DNA of 64,000 nucleotides from a virus, in the IMG/VR virus record IMGVR_UViG_3300045988_175328, positions 128,001-192,000 of that record. One strand, written 5' to 3'. Shown piece by piece: positions 50,926-59,255 of this stretch; position 1 is the stretch's first letter, and the number at the start of each line of letters is the position of its first letter. The notes beneath the pieces were generated by a model, which worked only from the letters and a program-made list of their open reading frames with translations, searched no databases and was not told where the DNA came from. Position numbers and translations under genes: made by a program.

Positions 50926-51890
50926 TGGCTCTTAACGATTACGAGTTCTCGGTACGAGAAACCGAGCCAAAACGTGCCGAGATGCTCAATCGTCTTAAAA
51001 ACGAAATCGGAGAATTAACAAAAGATACAATTATTAATACTAATGAAGATACTCCCGATACTCAGTTTAATGACGATAAGGCATTATCGGCGGCGCTGGC
51101 CTTCTCGAAATTCCCGACAAAAGAAAAATTAAACAATGAATACTATAATAAGCCGGCGGTCGATAATTTAATTAATCAGATCCTTGCAAATAAACTCCCA
51201 GAATTAAAGGCTCTTTTTATGGAGGAGCTAAATAAGCATCGACATGCCGACCCGATCGATCATCCCGATATCCCGGGATCGAAGATCATCGATCATTCGA
51301 TCACGCGTGATAAGCTTGCATTCCAAATCTCGTTCGAGAATTCATGGCCTATCGGATCGATCTATATGACGACGGTCGATACTAACCCAGCAACTCTCTT
51401 CGGATTCGGTACGTGGACGAAAATCCCAGCCGGCAAAGTTCTCCTTTCCGAAGGTAATGATATGGGTACGATTTACACTAACGGTGAAACCGGCGGATCT
51501 AAAGAGATCTCGATCGACAAATCTTTCGTTCCGTATCACACGCACACAATGCAAGATGGAAGTGGAGCTCATACGCACACCGGTAAGGTATCGAATAACG
51601 GCGATCATTTCCACGGATTCCAAGGCGAACATTGGGAATCATATGCGCGTTTTGGAACATATGATAATAGTGAACGTGGCTATGGGTCTGCCGGAGGTAT
51701 TGATAACGACAATCTTGTCTACAAAACAACAACAGATGGCGCCCATACTCATACCCTTCAAATCGACCCGTCGACAGGATCTCATATCCACACAATTAAT
51801 CCGGCCGGAACTCAAACACAAGACGTAGTCGAAAAACACTCAATAATACAACCATATATCGTTTGCTATATGTGGAAACGCACTGCATAG
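50925..51890 (+). CDS. tail fibre tip with a tail-collar-like domain and multiple HxH motifs
   Basis: WPIGSIYMTTVDTNPATLFGFGTWTKIPAGKVLL, then PYHTHTMQDGSGAHTHTG..GDHFHGF...GAHTHTLQIDPSTGSHIHTI...IIQPYIVCYMWKRTA. Confidence 0.65.
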   Translation: MALNDYEFSVRETEPKRAEMLNRLKNEIGELTKDTIINTNEDTPDTQFNDDKALSAALAFSKFPTKEKLNNEYYNKPAVDNLINQILANKLPELKALFMEELNKHRHADPIDHPDIPGSKIIDHSITRDKLAFQISFENSWPIGSIYMTTVDTNPATLFGFGTWTKIPAGKVLLSEGNDMGTIYTNGETGGSKEISIDKSFVPYHTHTMQDGSGAHTHTGKVSNNGDHFHGFQGEHWESYARFGTYDNSERGYGSAGGIDNDNLVYKTTTDGAHTHTLQIDPSTGSHIHTINPAGTQTQDVVEKHSIIQPYIVCYMWKRTA

Positions 51891-51901
51891 TATATCTTAA
51901 T

Positions 51902-51945
51902 CCTCCCTTACTTCTTAACTGGAGTAAGGGAGGTATTTTTTTTAT
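51902..51945 (+). terminator. rho-independent terminator closing the fibre/lysis module
   Basis: CCTCCCTTACT (51902-51912) / AGTAAGGGAGG (51923-51933), then TATTTTTTTT. Confidence 0.85.
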
Positions 51946-52201
51946 TAGTGTTAGGTGGGGTCTAGTGACGGTTCTTTTAATAAGGAAAGAAAATGAGTAT
52001 AAATATATATAAGATGGAGAGTACAGGCTGGCCGACATTTATGTCGATCAGTTAAGTGGAAGTGTAGTTAGAATGGGGGTTGTTGGGTCTTAAAATGGAA
52101 ATAATAAAATAAAGAGAAAAATAGCAAAACATATTCTGACTGAAATTTAGGAATAGTAATAAGAGTAATTTGTTTTGGTCGAAGTATTGTTTGCGAGACG
52201 G

Positions 52202-52403
52202 AAATAAATAAATGAATTTTGATGACATAGGTCGAGTTAGCTGTGTAGGTCGATAGACGTGTTTTATACGTAAGCCAGATTTTGTGAAAAATTTAAAAAT
52301 AAATAAGAAAATAAATAAATGCTGATTTGTTGTGGTAGGTCAAGTTAGATGCGTAGGTTGACAGGCGTGTTCTGTAAGTGAACTAGAATTTTGTAGAGAA
52401 TTT
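52202..52403. repeat. two imperfect direct repeats of ~95 bp with a 107-bp period, each holding two TAGGTYRA boxes
   Basis: Both copies start AAATAAATAAATG (52202, 52309) and continue ...TTTG.TG...TAGGTC.AGTTAG.TG.GTAGGT.GA.AG.CGTGTT...GA.TTTTGT....AATTT, about 75% identical by eye. They lie in a 700-bp C-poor non-coding region. Confidence 0.75.
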
Positions 52404-52594
52404 GGAGGGGGAAGTGTTTTATGAAGATATTAGAGTGCTGAGAAATCATGCCCCCGGGTGCTTGATTCTCGGAACTCTCACTACTTTTGCGCCATATAGT
52501 AGCCAGGCGCATTTCTAAATGTGGTTACGACGAGCCTTTCTGACTGGAGCTCGTTTCAATCCAGTCGAATTTGTTCAGAAAAGGAGAAATTATC

Positions 52595-55500
52595 ATGAAC
52601 AAACAAAACATTCAAAACAACAAAAATTTAAAAGCTGTCGTATTGGCAGCAGTAGATGCAGCAGTAGCTGCTGATGTGCGCGTGGTTAATACCACTGCGG
52701 CGGTAACAACCGCAGAAGCAGTAGTTACTGAAACTGCAGAAACACTTGCGCGCGCAGCGGTACAGTTTCAAACATTTATCAACAATTTTGTAGTAGAAGG
52801 AGGCGAGTATCGTAGCTTCATGGGCATTCTATCTGATGTAGGATTTACACATCCAGATCTTGTTAAATGGGTGCGTAAACAAAAATGGACAGAAGCAATG
52901 TCTATTTGGAGAGAGGGTCAAGGATACACACGTAATTCTTTCCTTTGTGATGAAGACTGGAATACATTCCTCGAATTACGGGAAGCCCTCCTTCAAGCGC
53001 GCAATGCGTACAAAAACGCAAAACGTAAATTAGCTAGAAAAGAAGTCGCATTAAAAGCAGCAAAAAAAGAGGCAGCAAAAGCCTTATTAGCAGAGAAATC
53101 TGCAAACAAACAATGGAAAAAGGCGAGAAAGGATGCGAAAGAAGCAAGAGCTACTGAAGCAGCAGTAGCAGTCGAAGAGGCTCGATTAGAAAAAGCACGA
53201 AAACGTGCTGAAAAAGTGGGTCCGAAGGAACCGCCAAAACAAAGAGTGGCCGTAGCTGTTGCTGGTCTTGAGTCCATGTTAGAATGGATCGAATCTAGAA
53301 AGGTAGCTGTTACTAAAACAGTTGTATTAGAAAATACAGCTAAATTAGTAACAGAAGCTAACGCAGCTGTTGAGTACGGTTATATGGATGCTAGAACTGG
53401 AGAATTTGTTTCTACAGAAGGAACAAAAGAGTTCTCTGGTGCTAGATTCAAAACTGGTGCTATCAACATTGCCGATAAAAATACTGCTAAAGCAACAGCA
53501 AAAGCCAACGCTACTGCTAATGGTAAAGATTTAGATGGAGACGTCATAAATCGCTTCGTTAAACCTAGAAATATCCTTGATGGATTCAAACTTAAATTGC
53601 AAATGTTTGGATCTAAAGTACGTGTGCGTAACGTACTTAAAGGTAATCGTAAAGGTTTTAAAGCTGTAATGGGACCAAAAGCACAAGTTGCTATTAAGTC
53701 CATTATCGTTGACGGTAGCGACGTAATGGCTAATGGTGAAGGTGTAAAAGCTATGGCAGTAGCAACTACATCCTCCATTAGCTATATTGTACGTACAGCA
53801 ATTCGTCTTGGCGAAGAAAAAGGATGGGCTGAAGAGCTTGTTCTTAGAAATTCTTCTATTAAGACTGGCTATATGGATGGCAACATCGGTATCAACTCTC
53901 ATAGAGAGATGACATCGATGGAAGCCGATTTAACATATATGACTGCAGAAGTATCTGCTAATTATGTGTTGAATGGCTTAATCTCCATTCATATCGATAA
54001 AGAGGATGAGGAAGGCGTATCCTTCACAAAGGGCATTCGTCAAGCAGAATTCATTATCGTTGATGGAATTAAATACATTCCGTTAATGGTTGAGTCTGTT
54101 GCGAAGACTCGTCTATACGATACAGTATGGACAGCTGAGCATCTGGCTAACCAATGGCGCGAAGTGCTTCGTGTAGCGACAGGAGGAATCTCTGACAGTA
54201 TTACTCTAATGAAAGAGTTAACTAAAGCTCTTAAATTGAGAAGCCGTTTGGGAATGGGGTTCTCTCCTAGCTATGAGTTCGAAATCGATCTTGCACGTTG
54301 GGGCGTTGTGTATCTTGACGCTTCTATCGATGCAATCGACGGACAAGCTTACGGAAGCAGAGCTATGATGGAAGAGCTTCTTGAACTAGCTGGCGTGAAC
54401 TCATGGCAAGTTCGCACGAATACAGGTAAAGGACAACTCGTTCCAATGAAAAGAATGAAACGTCTACTTGCTGTATTGTGCGAACAATACGGTCTTGAAC
54501 TCGTTTACGTTTCTGACGTTGACGAAGTTCAAGCAGCTATTGATGCAGCAAGAGCTGAAGGTAAAAGAGTAGCCGTTGTTGTTGGTAACGCCGAACATAT
54601 TGGCATGATCGGCGATATGAATTTCTTTAAAGGAATTCCGACTATCAATGATGGTGGCATTGTTCGTCTAAGCGTCTTGAGAAATCTTGCACCAACAGGC
54701 AACGGCTCTCACTTCGCTTACCAGGCAGCAGTGGGTGCTTTATGCTCTTACGAATGGGATAATAAAGACCGTTTCGTAAAAGCATTGGCTATGCAAGCCG
54801 TTGAAAAATTCACAGAAGCTTTCAATGGCTGTGCTGTTAATAAATCTGTAACTGATTTGTTTGCAGCATTAGTTGGAGTAAAAGGATTGGCTGGCGAAGC
54901 TGATATCATCAGCGAATTAGCCAACGGTGCATTTACTCCAGCTATGTATGGCATTAAAGAGCTTTCCTATGCGTTAAGAAACGAGCAACAAGTTGTTCGT
55001 GGTAGTGCATGGAAAGTTTCTTGCCCAGGCATGAAGGACGAGCTATTTAACGAAGCTATTCTTGAAGGAGCTGGCCTACTTGTTGTAGAAGGAATTGTTT
55101 CTAATAACAATCCTTTACTAAAACAAGGCGATTGGGTGATGGCATTGAGATACCCACATTCCAATGGGTTCTCTTTCGTTAAAATCAGACTTGTAACAGT
55201 ATCTGAAGCTATCGAAAGAGTGAACAACTCTTCCGCGTTTGCGGCTCAAAAAGCTGTCATGATCGATGAGCTATTATCCCTTGGTGATAATAACATCATG
55301 GTAGACAGCAGCCGTGAGGTATTGGAAGCATTAGCTGGTATGGATTTTGATGGAGACGTGATCTCTGTCTTAAATCCAGAAGAAGCAGAGTTGCTTTTGC
55401 CAATGGATGAGCTACGTACAGTCATTGCTCCGATCGTAACGAAAGCTCAAGAAAAAGAGCTTGTTGTTACAGGAAACTTTGAAGATACAATGCAACATCT

Positions 55501-57397
55501 TCAAAGCGAGATGGCAGCTAATGAAACTAAGTACGTTGGCGAAATCTCCAATGGAGTAATGAAAGCAACTGAGTTCTTGGGTCTTCCTAAAGATGAACAA
55601 AGAAAAATTGTGGCAGAAATTGTCCGCAATGGAAATCTAAGCCACAATGGCTTATTGCCTACGTTCAACTGGGAGGAACAAGTAACTTGGGTTGAAGGAA
55701 AAGAAGGATTCGTACTTAGCGATGAGTCTACAACTCCTCAAGCTTTAGTTGCTATGAAAAATGCGTTCTTCGATAAAGTTGATGAACGAAACTACTCTGT
55801 AGAAAGTTTCATCAACTTCGCAGAATACGTTGTCATCATGTCTGGTCCAACGCAAGGATTCGTAATTGATGCGGCGAAAAAATTCTGTCCAATCGTAGAC
55901 TTAGCAGAAGATATCTTCTCCAACTTAAGTCTTGGATGGAAAAGATTCGCTCCAACAATGGTGCTTACATGCAATGAGTATGGAGAGTTCTCCAAAGGTA
56001 TGTCTTATAACTTTGGCGAAGAGAACTCTAGCATTACTCTTACAGTAGGCGCATGTATTCAGGTAGAAGCTTTCAAAGCGTTTGCGGTGGAAGCTTCTAA
56101 AGCTATCTTAAATGCATTTGCTGGAGAGGATGCATCTAAAGCTAACTGGAAAGCATTTGAAGACGCATTGAAAAAAGAGTCTTTAATGTCTTTGGTTGGT
56201 GGTAAGATGAACTCTGCTAGAAAGAACTGCAGAAACATTGCTGCTGGAGCTGCAGCTGCGATTAAAGTTATCGACAACCAAATCGCAGAAGCTTGCGGCG
56301 AAGAAAACATTCCTAGTAAAACAATGAAGGAATGGAGCGACGCTATCGGCTGCATGTTTGCTGCATCTGGTACAATCAATCCTCTTGGATTACGTGCTTA
56401 TGCATCCAGCAAAACATTACGTCCAGCAATCTTGAAAGCAATGCTTGACGCTGCTGAAGTAAAATCCATTCCTGTAGAAATTGGATTTACTTCTATGGCA
56501 AGAGTTGCTTTTGCGAAAGCGAATGTTGGAGAAAAAGTATTCTTCGAAAACTCTAAAGCTGCTGATGCTAACGGAGTAATTCTTCTACACTCTGGTTTAA
56601 CAGGTTACTACAAAGTATCTGTTAAAACAGAAGAAGTAGAAGAAAACGGAGAAACAATCTCTGTAGAGACATACTTCGTAGAAGTGCCTGTGTCCGAAGT
56701 ATTAGGCATCGAACCGATGAAAACAAATCGTTTCGTTGCTCACTTAGGATACGAAGGTGCCGATGCTGAAGTCGCTAGAAAGTTTAATGCTGAATTAACT
56801 AAGTTCGACTTCTGCGCGGAAGGTACGTTCGCTTTCTATGGCACGATGAAAGAACTAAACAATCTTATGATTGAAAAGTTTGGCGAAGGTGTCTTAAGAG
56901 ACGTATTGGTATCAACAATAACTGGGCTAAAAAACGGTGAAGACGTTTATAGCCAACAGTTTGTTGATTTCATCGCTCTTGCTAATGGTCACGCTACTGA
57001 TCCGAAGTATGCAGCTGATGACAAACATGACCGCGTATTCTTTGTTCGCAAAGATGAGAATGGTCGGGTTGTGGTTATGAGATCATTGCCTAACCAAGCA
57101 ATGGCTTATGGCCATGAAGCGTTTAAGCTAAGAGGCATGTTCGCTGGAGAACTAAGATTAGTTAGTTACATCTTAGAAGGAAAAGCTAAGTCTGACAAAA
57201 AGGGCTATGTTAATAGCTACTTATTGTTAGAGCACAAAACTTTAGCTCCTAAGCAAGAAATCAGTGCGTATATCAATGGTTTAATTACTAAATATGCGGC
57301 TGATTTCAAAGCAGCTGTCTTAAATAAAAAGTTCGAATTAGGTTGCCTTGGTAGCCTAGTTCAAACTGTATTATCTGATGAAGAAATCATTGGATAA
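52595..57397 (+). CDS. giant two-barrel polymerase candidate (YonO / RdRP-like single-chain RNA polymerase)
   Basis: AAAGGAGA SD 8 nt before ATG 52595; the track's TTG at 52571 is rejected. SWQVRTNTGKGQLVPM lies at 54401-54448 (cf. FQIR.GG.KG). GDWVMALRYPHSNGFSFVKIRLV lies at 55127-55195 (cf. NRAPTLHR / RNPCLHPGD). AGMDFDGDVISVLNP lies at 55334-55378 (DxDGD catalytic loop). The gene has its own terminator. Confidence 0.6.
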   Translation: MNKQNIQNNKNLKAVVLAAVDAAVAADVRVVNTTAAVTTAEAVVTETAETLARAAVQFQTFINNFVVEGGEYRSFMGILSDVGFTHPDLVKWVRKQKWTEAMSIWREGQGYTRNSFLCDEDWNTFLELREALLQARNAYKNAKRKLARKEVALKAAKKEAAKALLAEKSANKQWKKARKDAKEARATEAAVAVEEARLEKARKRAEKVGPKEPPKQRVAVAVAGLESMLEWIESRKVAVTKTVVLENTAKLVTEANAAVEYGYMDARTGEFVSTEGTKEFSGARFKTGAINIADKNTAKATAKANATANGKDLDGDVINRFVKPRNILDGFKLKLQMFGSKVRVRNVLKGNRKGFKAVMGPKAQVAIKSIIVDGSDVMANGEGVKAMAVATTSSISYIVRTAIRLGEEKGWAEELVLRNSSIKTGYMDGNIGINSHREMTSMEADLTYMTAEVSANYVLNGLISIHIDKEDEEGVSFTKGIRQAEFIIVDGIKYIPLMVESVAKTRLYDTVWTAEHLANQWREVLRVATGGISDSITLMKELTKALKLRSRLGMGFSPSYEFEIDLARWGVVYLDASIDAIDGQAYGSRAMMEELLELAGVNSWQVRTNTGKGQLVPMKRMKRLLAVLCEQYGLELVYVSDVDEVQAAIDAARAEGKRVAVVVGNAEHIGMIGDMNFFKGIPTINDGGIVRLSVLRNLAPTGNGSHFAYQAAVGALCSYEWDNKDRFVKALAMQAVEKFTEAFNGCAVNKSVTDLFAALVGVKGLAGEADIISELANGAFTPAMYGIKELSYALRNEQQVVRGSAWKVSCPGMKDELFNEAILEGAGLLVVEGIVSNNNPLLKQGDWVMALRYPHSNGFSFVKIRLVTVSEAIERVNNSSAFAAQKAVMIDELLSLGDNNIMVDSSREVLEALAGMDFDGDVISVLNPEEAELLLPMDELRTVIAPIVTKAQEKELVVTGNFEDTMQHLQSEMAANETKYVGEISNGVMKATEFLGLPKDEQRKIVAEIVRNGNLSHNGLLPTFNWEEQVTWVEGKEGFVLSDESTTPQALVAMKNAFFDKVDERNYSVESFINFAEYVVIMSGPTQGFVIDAAKKFCPIVDLAEDIFSNLSLGWKRFAPTMVLTCNEYGEFSKGMSYNFGEENSSITLTVGACIQVEAFKAFAVEASKAILNAFAGEDASKANWKAFEDALKKESLMSLVGGKMNSARKNCRNIAAGAAAAIKVIDNQIAEACGEENIPSKTMKEWSDAIGCMFAASGTINPLGLRAYASSKTLRPAILKAMLDAAEVKSIPVEIGFTSMARVAFAKANVGEKVFFENSKAADANGVILLHSGLTGYYKVSVKTEEVEENGETISVETYFVEVPVSEVLGIEPMKTNRFVAHLGYEGADAEVARKFNAELTKFDFCAEGTFAFYGTMKELNNLMIEKFGEGVLRDVLVSTITGLKNGEDVYSQQFVDFIALANGHATDPKYAADDKHDRVFFVRKDENGRVVVMRSLPNQAMAYGHEAFKLRGMFAGELRLVSYILEGKAKSDKKGYVNSYLLLEHKTLAPKQEISAYINGLITKYAADFKAAVLNKKFELGCLGSLVQTVLSDEEIIG

Positions 57398-57408
57398 CAA
57401 ATAATAAT

Positions 57409-57448
57409 AAAGAGAGACCTCTATATGGGGTCTCCTCTTTTTTTTTAT
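57409..57448 (+). terminator. rho-independent terminator after the polymerase-like gene
   Basis: GAGACC (57414-57419) / GGTCTC (57429-57434), extendable with a bulge, followed by a 10-nt T run. Confidence 0.8.
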
Positions 57449-58004
57449 TTTCTGGGATCCCCTCCGGGATCAGGATTCCTCCGCTACGGCTCAGCCTGCG
57501 CTCCGGAATAGGCCAGCCTATGGCTGTCCGTTAGGAGCGTTATCATTAGGTAGAGGTATAACGATAGAGGAAATAAAAATCCTCATTTATGAGGGTTTAT
57601 CCTTAGTAAGGAGGAAGATAGAAAGTAAAAATGTTTTTCTTCTTAAGGGGCAAGCCCCTTAACAACCCCGCCACCCCTGCGGGATGGACCGAACTGGCGG
57701 TGGATGAGGTCGTCCGAAACGACGTCAAACTAAAGGAAAAATCCTCACTTGTGAGGAAACTTGCTCCTGAGTACGAGCTAAAACTGCTTGCGAGGAAAAA
57801 TCCTCGTTGTTGAGAGCACTTGCTCTTCGAAGGCCCTGGCGGTGTCGGAGAGAGGAGTAGGTGCTGTGGTCCTGAATAAGACATTAAACTGTTTCAGAGG
57901 AGAAAATCCTCTGTTGTGAGAGAGCTCATTTAACTCTCTGTTTTAATTAAGCCAGTGTAGAAATATTTGCTGGTGTTTTCGGGCGCATGCCCAAGGAGGT
58001 TATC

Positions 58005-58469
58005 ATGTTAACTTTAGAATTAAATCGAAAAATGGCCTATGGTTTTTTCCCAGAATTAATTCGCGATGAAGAGAAAATTGCGAATTTGAATGACTTATTT
58101 CAAGAAGTTATTATGAAAAATAATCCTAACGGAGTTAAGCTCCAATTGGATTTTAAGCACAATGTAATTGTGCATAAAACCAATGTAGGCGAAGTAACTC
58201 TAGTAGAAGAGTACTTCCCTAATGGTACTGAAAAACTTTGGGTAAATCGTTTCCGTAACAGGAAACAACTATTACCTAAAGTTCCTGCAGAATTAATTCC
58301 TGTCGCAAAAGAATGCGACGAAAGAAATTTATACAAATTTAATTATTTAAGAGAAGGAAACATTACGTTTTATCTCGCAAATAATAGAAAGGTTCTCGTA
58401 AGAGAAACTAAAATGGAGGATGGAAGTCTTTCAATCGATTTATTCTACCTAGCTGATTTGTTGGCCTAA
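58005..58469 (+). CDS. hypothetical early-type protein
   Basis: AAGGAGG lies 6 nt before ATG 58005. The track's ATG at 57987 lies inside the leader hairpin. Confidence 0.6.
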   Translation: MLTLELNRKMAYGFFPELIRDEEKIANLNDLFQEVIMKNNPNGVKLQLDFKHNVIVHKTNVGEVTLVEEYFPNGTEKLWVNRFRNRKQLLPKVPAELIPVAKECDERNLYKFNYLREGNITFYLANNRKVLVRETKMEDGSLSIDLFYLADLLA

Positions 58470-58640
58470 GTAGAATAATCTCCTAAGCATGAGAATAAAC
58501 TGCTTATTTGTAACGGCTCCTGAATATGAGCATTAAACTGTTCTAGAAGAAAATCCTCTATTATGAGTTTTGTCCGTAATGACGATAAACTAATTATTAT
58601 AATTTAATTTGGCGGCAAATCGCCAGAAAGGAGGCATATT

Positions 58641-58796
58641 ATGTCTCAATTAGAATTAACAAACCACTTAGCGTGGGTAGAAGAAATGGTTGCATTCGCG
58701 GAGACTGAAGAGTCCAACTACCGTGACTTCGAAGGATATCTTGCGGAGTCATTTATCGGAGGCCTGGACCTCTGGCTAGGAGACGATGAATTTTAG
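58641..58796 (+). CDS. small acidic protein (51 aa), absent from the ORF track
   Basis: The full cassette lies upstream (TAAACT, AT tract, GGCGGCAAATCGCC, AGGAGG, 7 nt, ATG). It encodes MSQLELTNHLAWVEEMVAFAETEESNYRDFEGYLAESFIGGLDLWLGDDEF. Confidence 0.6.
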   Translation: MSQLELTNHLAWVEEMVAFAETEESNYRDFEGYLAESFIGGLDLWLGDDEF

Positions 58797-58934
58797 ACTC
58801 TAGTTTCCTGACCAAGACCTAGGTATGTCTTTAAACTGCCTAAATCCTCCCCATTGCGGGGACTGAATTGTCTGAGATGACGTTAAACTATTTAATTTAA
58901 TTCATGGCGGCAAATCGCCAGAAAGGAGATAAGT

Positions 58935-59225
58935 ATGCATACTTATACTCTTGAAAACACTGAGGCACTAGTTGCCTTAGTGCGTGACCTTTGTTTTAGC
59001 AATGGTCATTGTCCCAAAGAAATCTTCTCTTGGGATGAAAAACATTACATTGTAGCCGGCAACCTAGCTAGTTACGATGGACCATGGGACGGTCCTGAAG
59101 ATGTCGCTCATATCTACGTTGATGGTGTAGGCGTGGGAGAAATAGATATCTTCGGCGCCGACCAAATTGCATTCGCCGTTGCTAACTGGAACGGCGAAGA
59201 ATTGAACAGAAAGGTGGTGGCTTAA
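58935..59225 (+). CDS. hypothetical small protein (B-module-like N-terminus)
   Basis: Cassette plus AAGGAGA SD. TLENTEALVALVRDLCFSNG resembles the xLxxLVEYIxKxxG helix of the 61817/62582/63071 family. Confidence 0.6.
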   Translation: MHTYTLENTEALVALVRDLCFSNGHCPKEIFSWDEKHYIVAGNLASYDGPWDGPEDVAHIYVDGVGVGEIDIFGADQIAFAVANWNGEELNRKVVA

Positions 59226-59255
59226 CTGCTTTTCTGTAATCTCGTCGACCACTCG

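Noticed and set aside
52358-52389. Sigma-A type promoter in the second 107-bp repeat (perfect TTGACA at 52358-52363)
   Set aside because: No acceptable -10 hexamer lies at 16-18 nt; TAGAAT is 20 nt away. The first repeat copy has TCGATA instead. This is not enough support to call a promoter.
52571-52594. Upstream alternative starts proposed by the ORF track (52571, 57987, 61483, 62540, 63616, 50332, 46507, 24689)
   Set aside because: In each case an internal ATG has a GGAGG-type SD at 5-9 nt. The extension would overlap a hairpin, a terminator or the preceding gene.
57631-57813. 60-aa + strand ORF (and the 93-aa - strand ORF 57603..57884) in the GC-rich block
   Set aside because: The nearest SD (AAGGAGG 57608-57614) is 16 nt from the ATG. 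The ORF reads straight through two repeated hairpin cassettes and several GC stems. The minus-strand ORF is the only one against an otherwise unidirectional genome. These were treated as non-coding, though the + ORF cannot be fully excluded.
58598-58603. General claim that the AT tracts in every cassette are sigma-A -10 boxes
   Set aside because: Only the 58641 leader has a perfect TATAAT at a sensible distance from the hairpin. The other cassettes have only TTTAAT/TAATAT-like runs at variable spacing and no -35. This is mentioned only as a hint.
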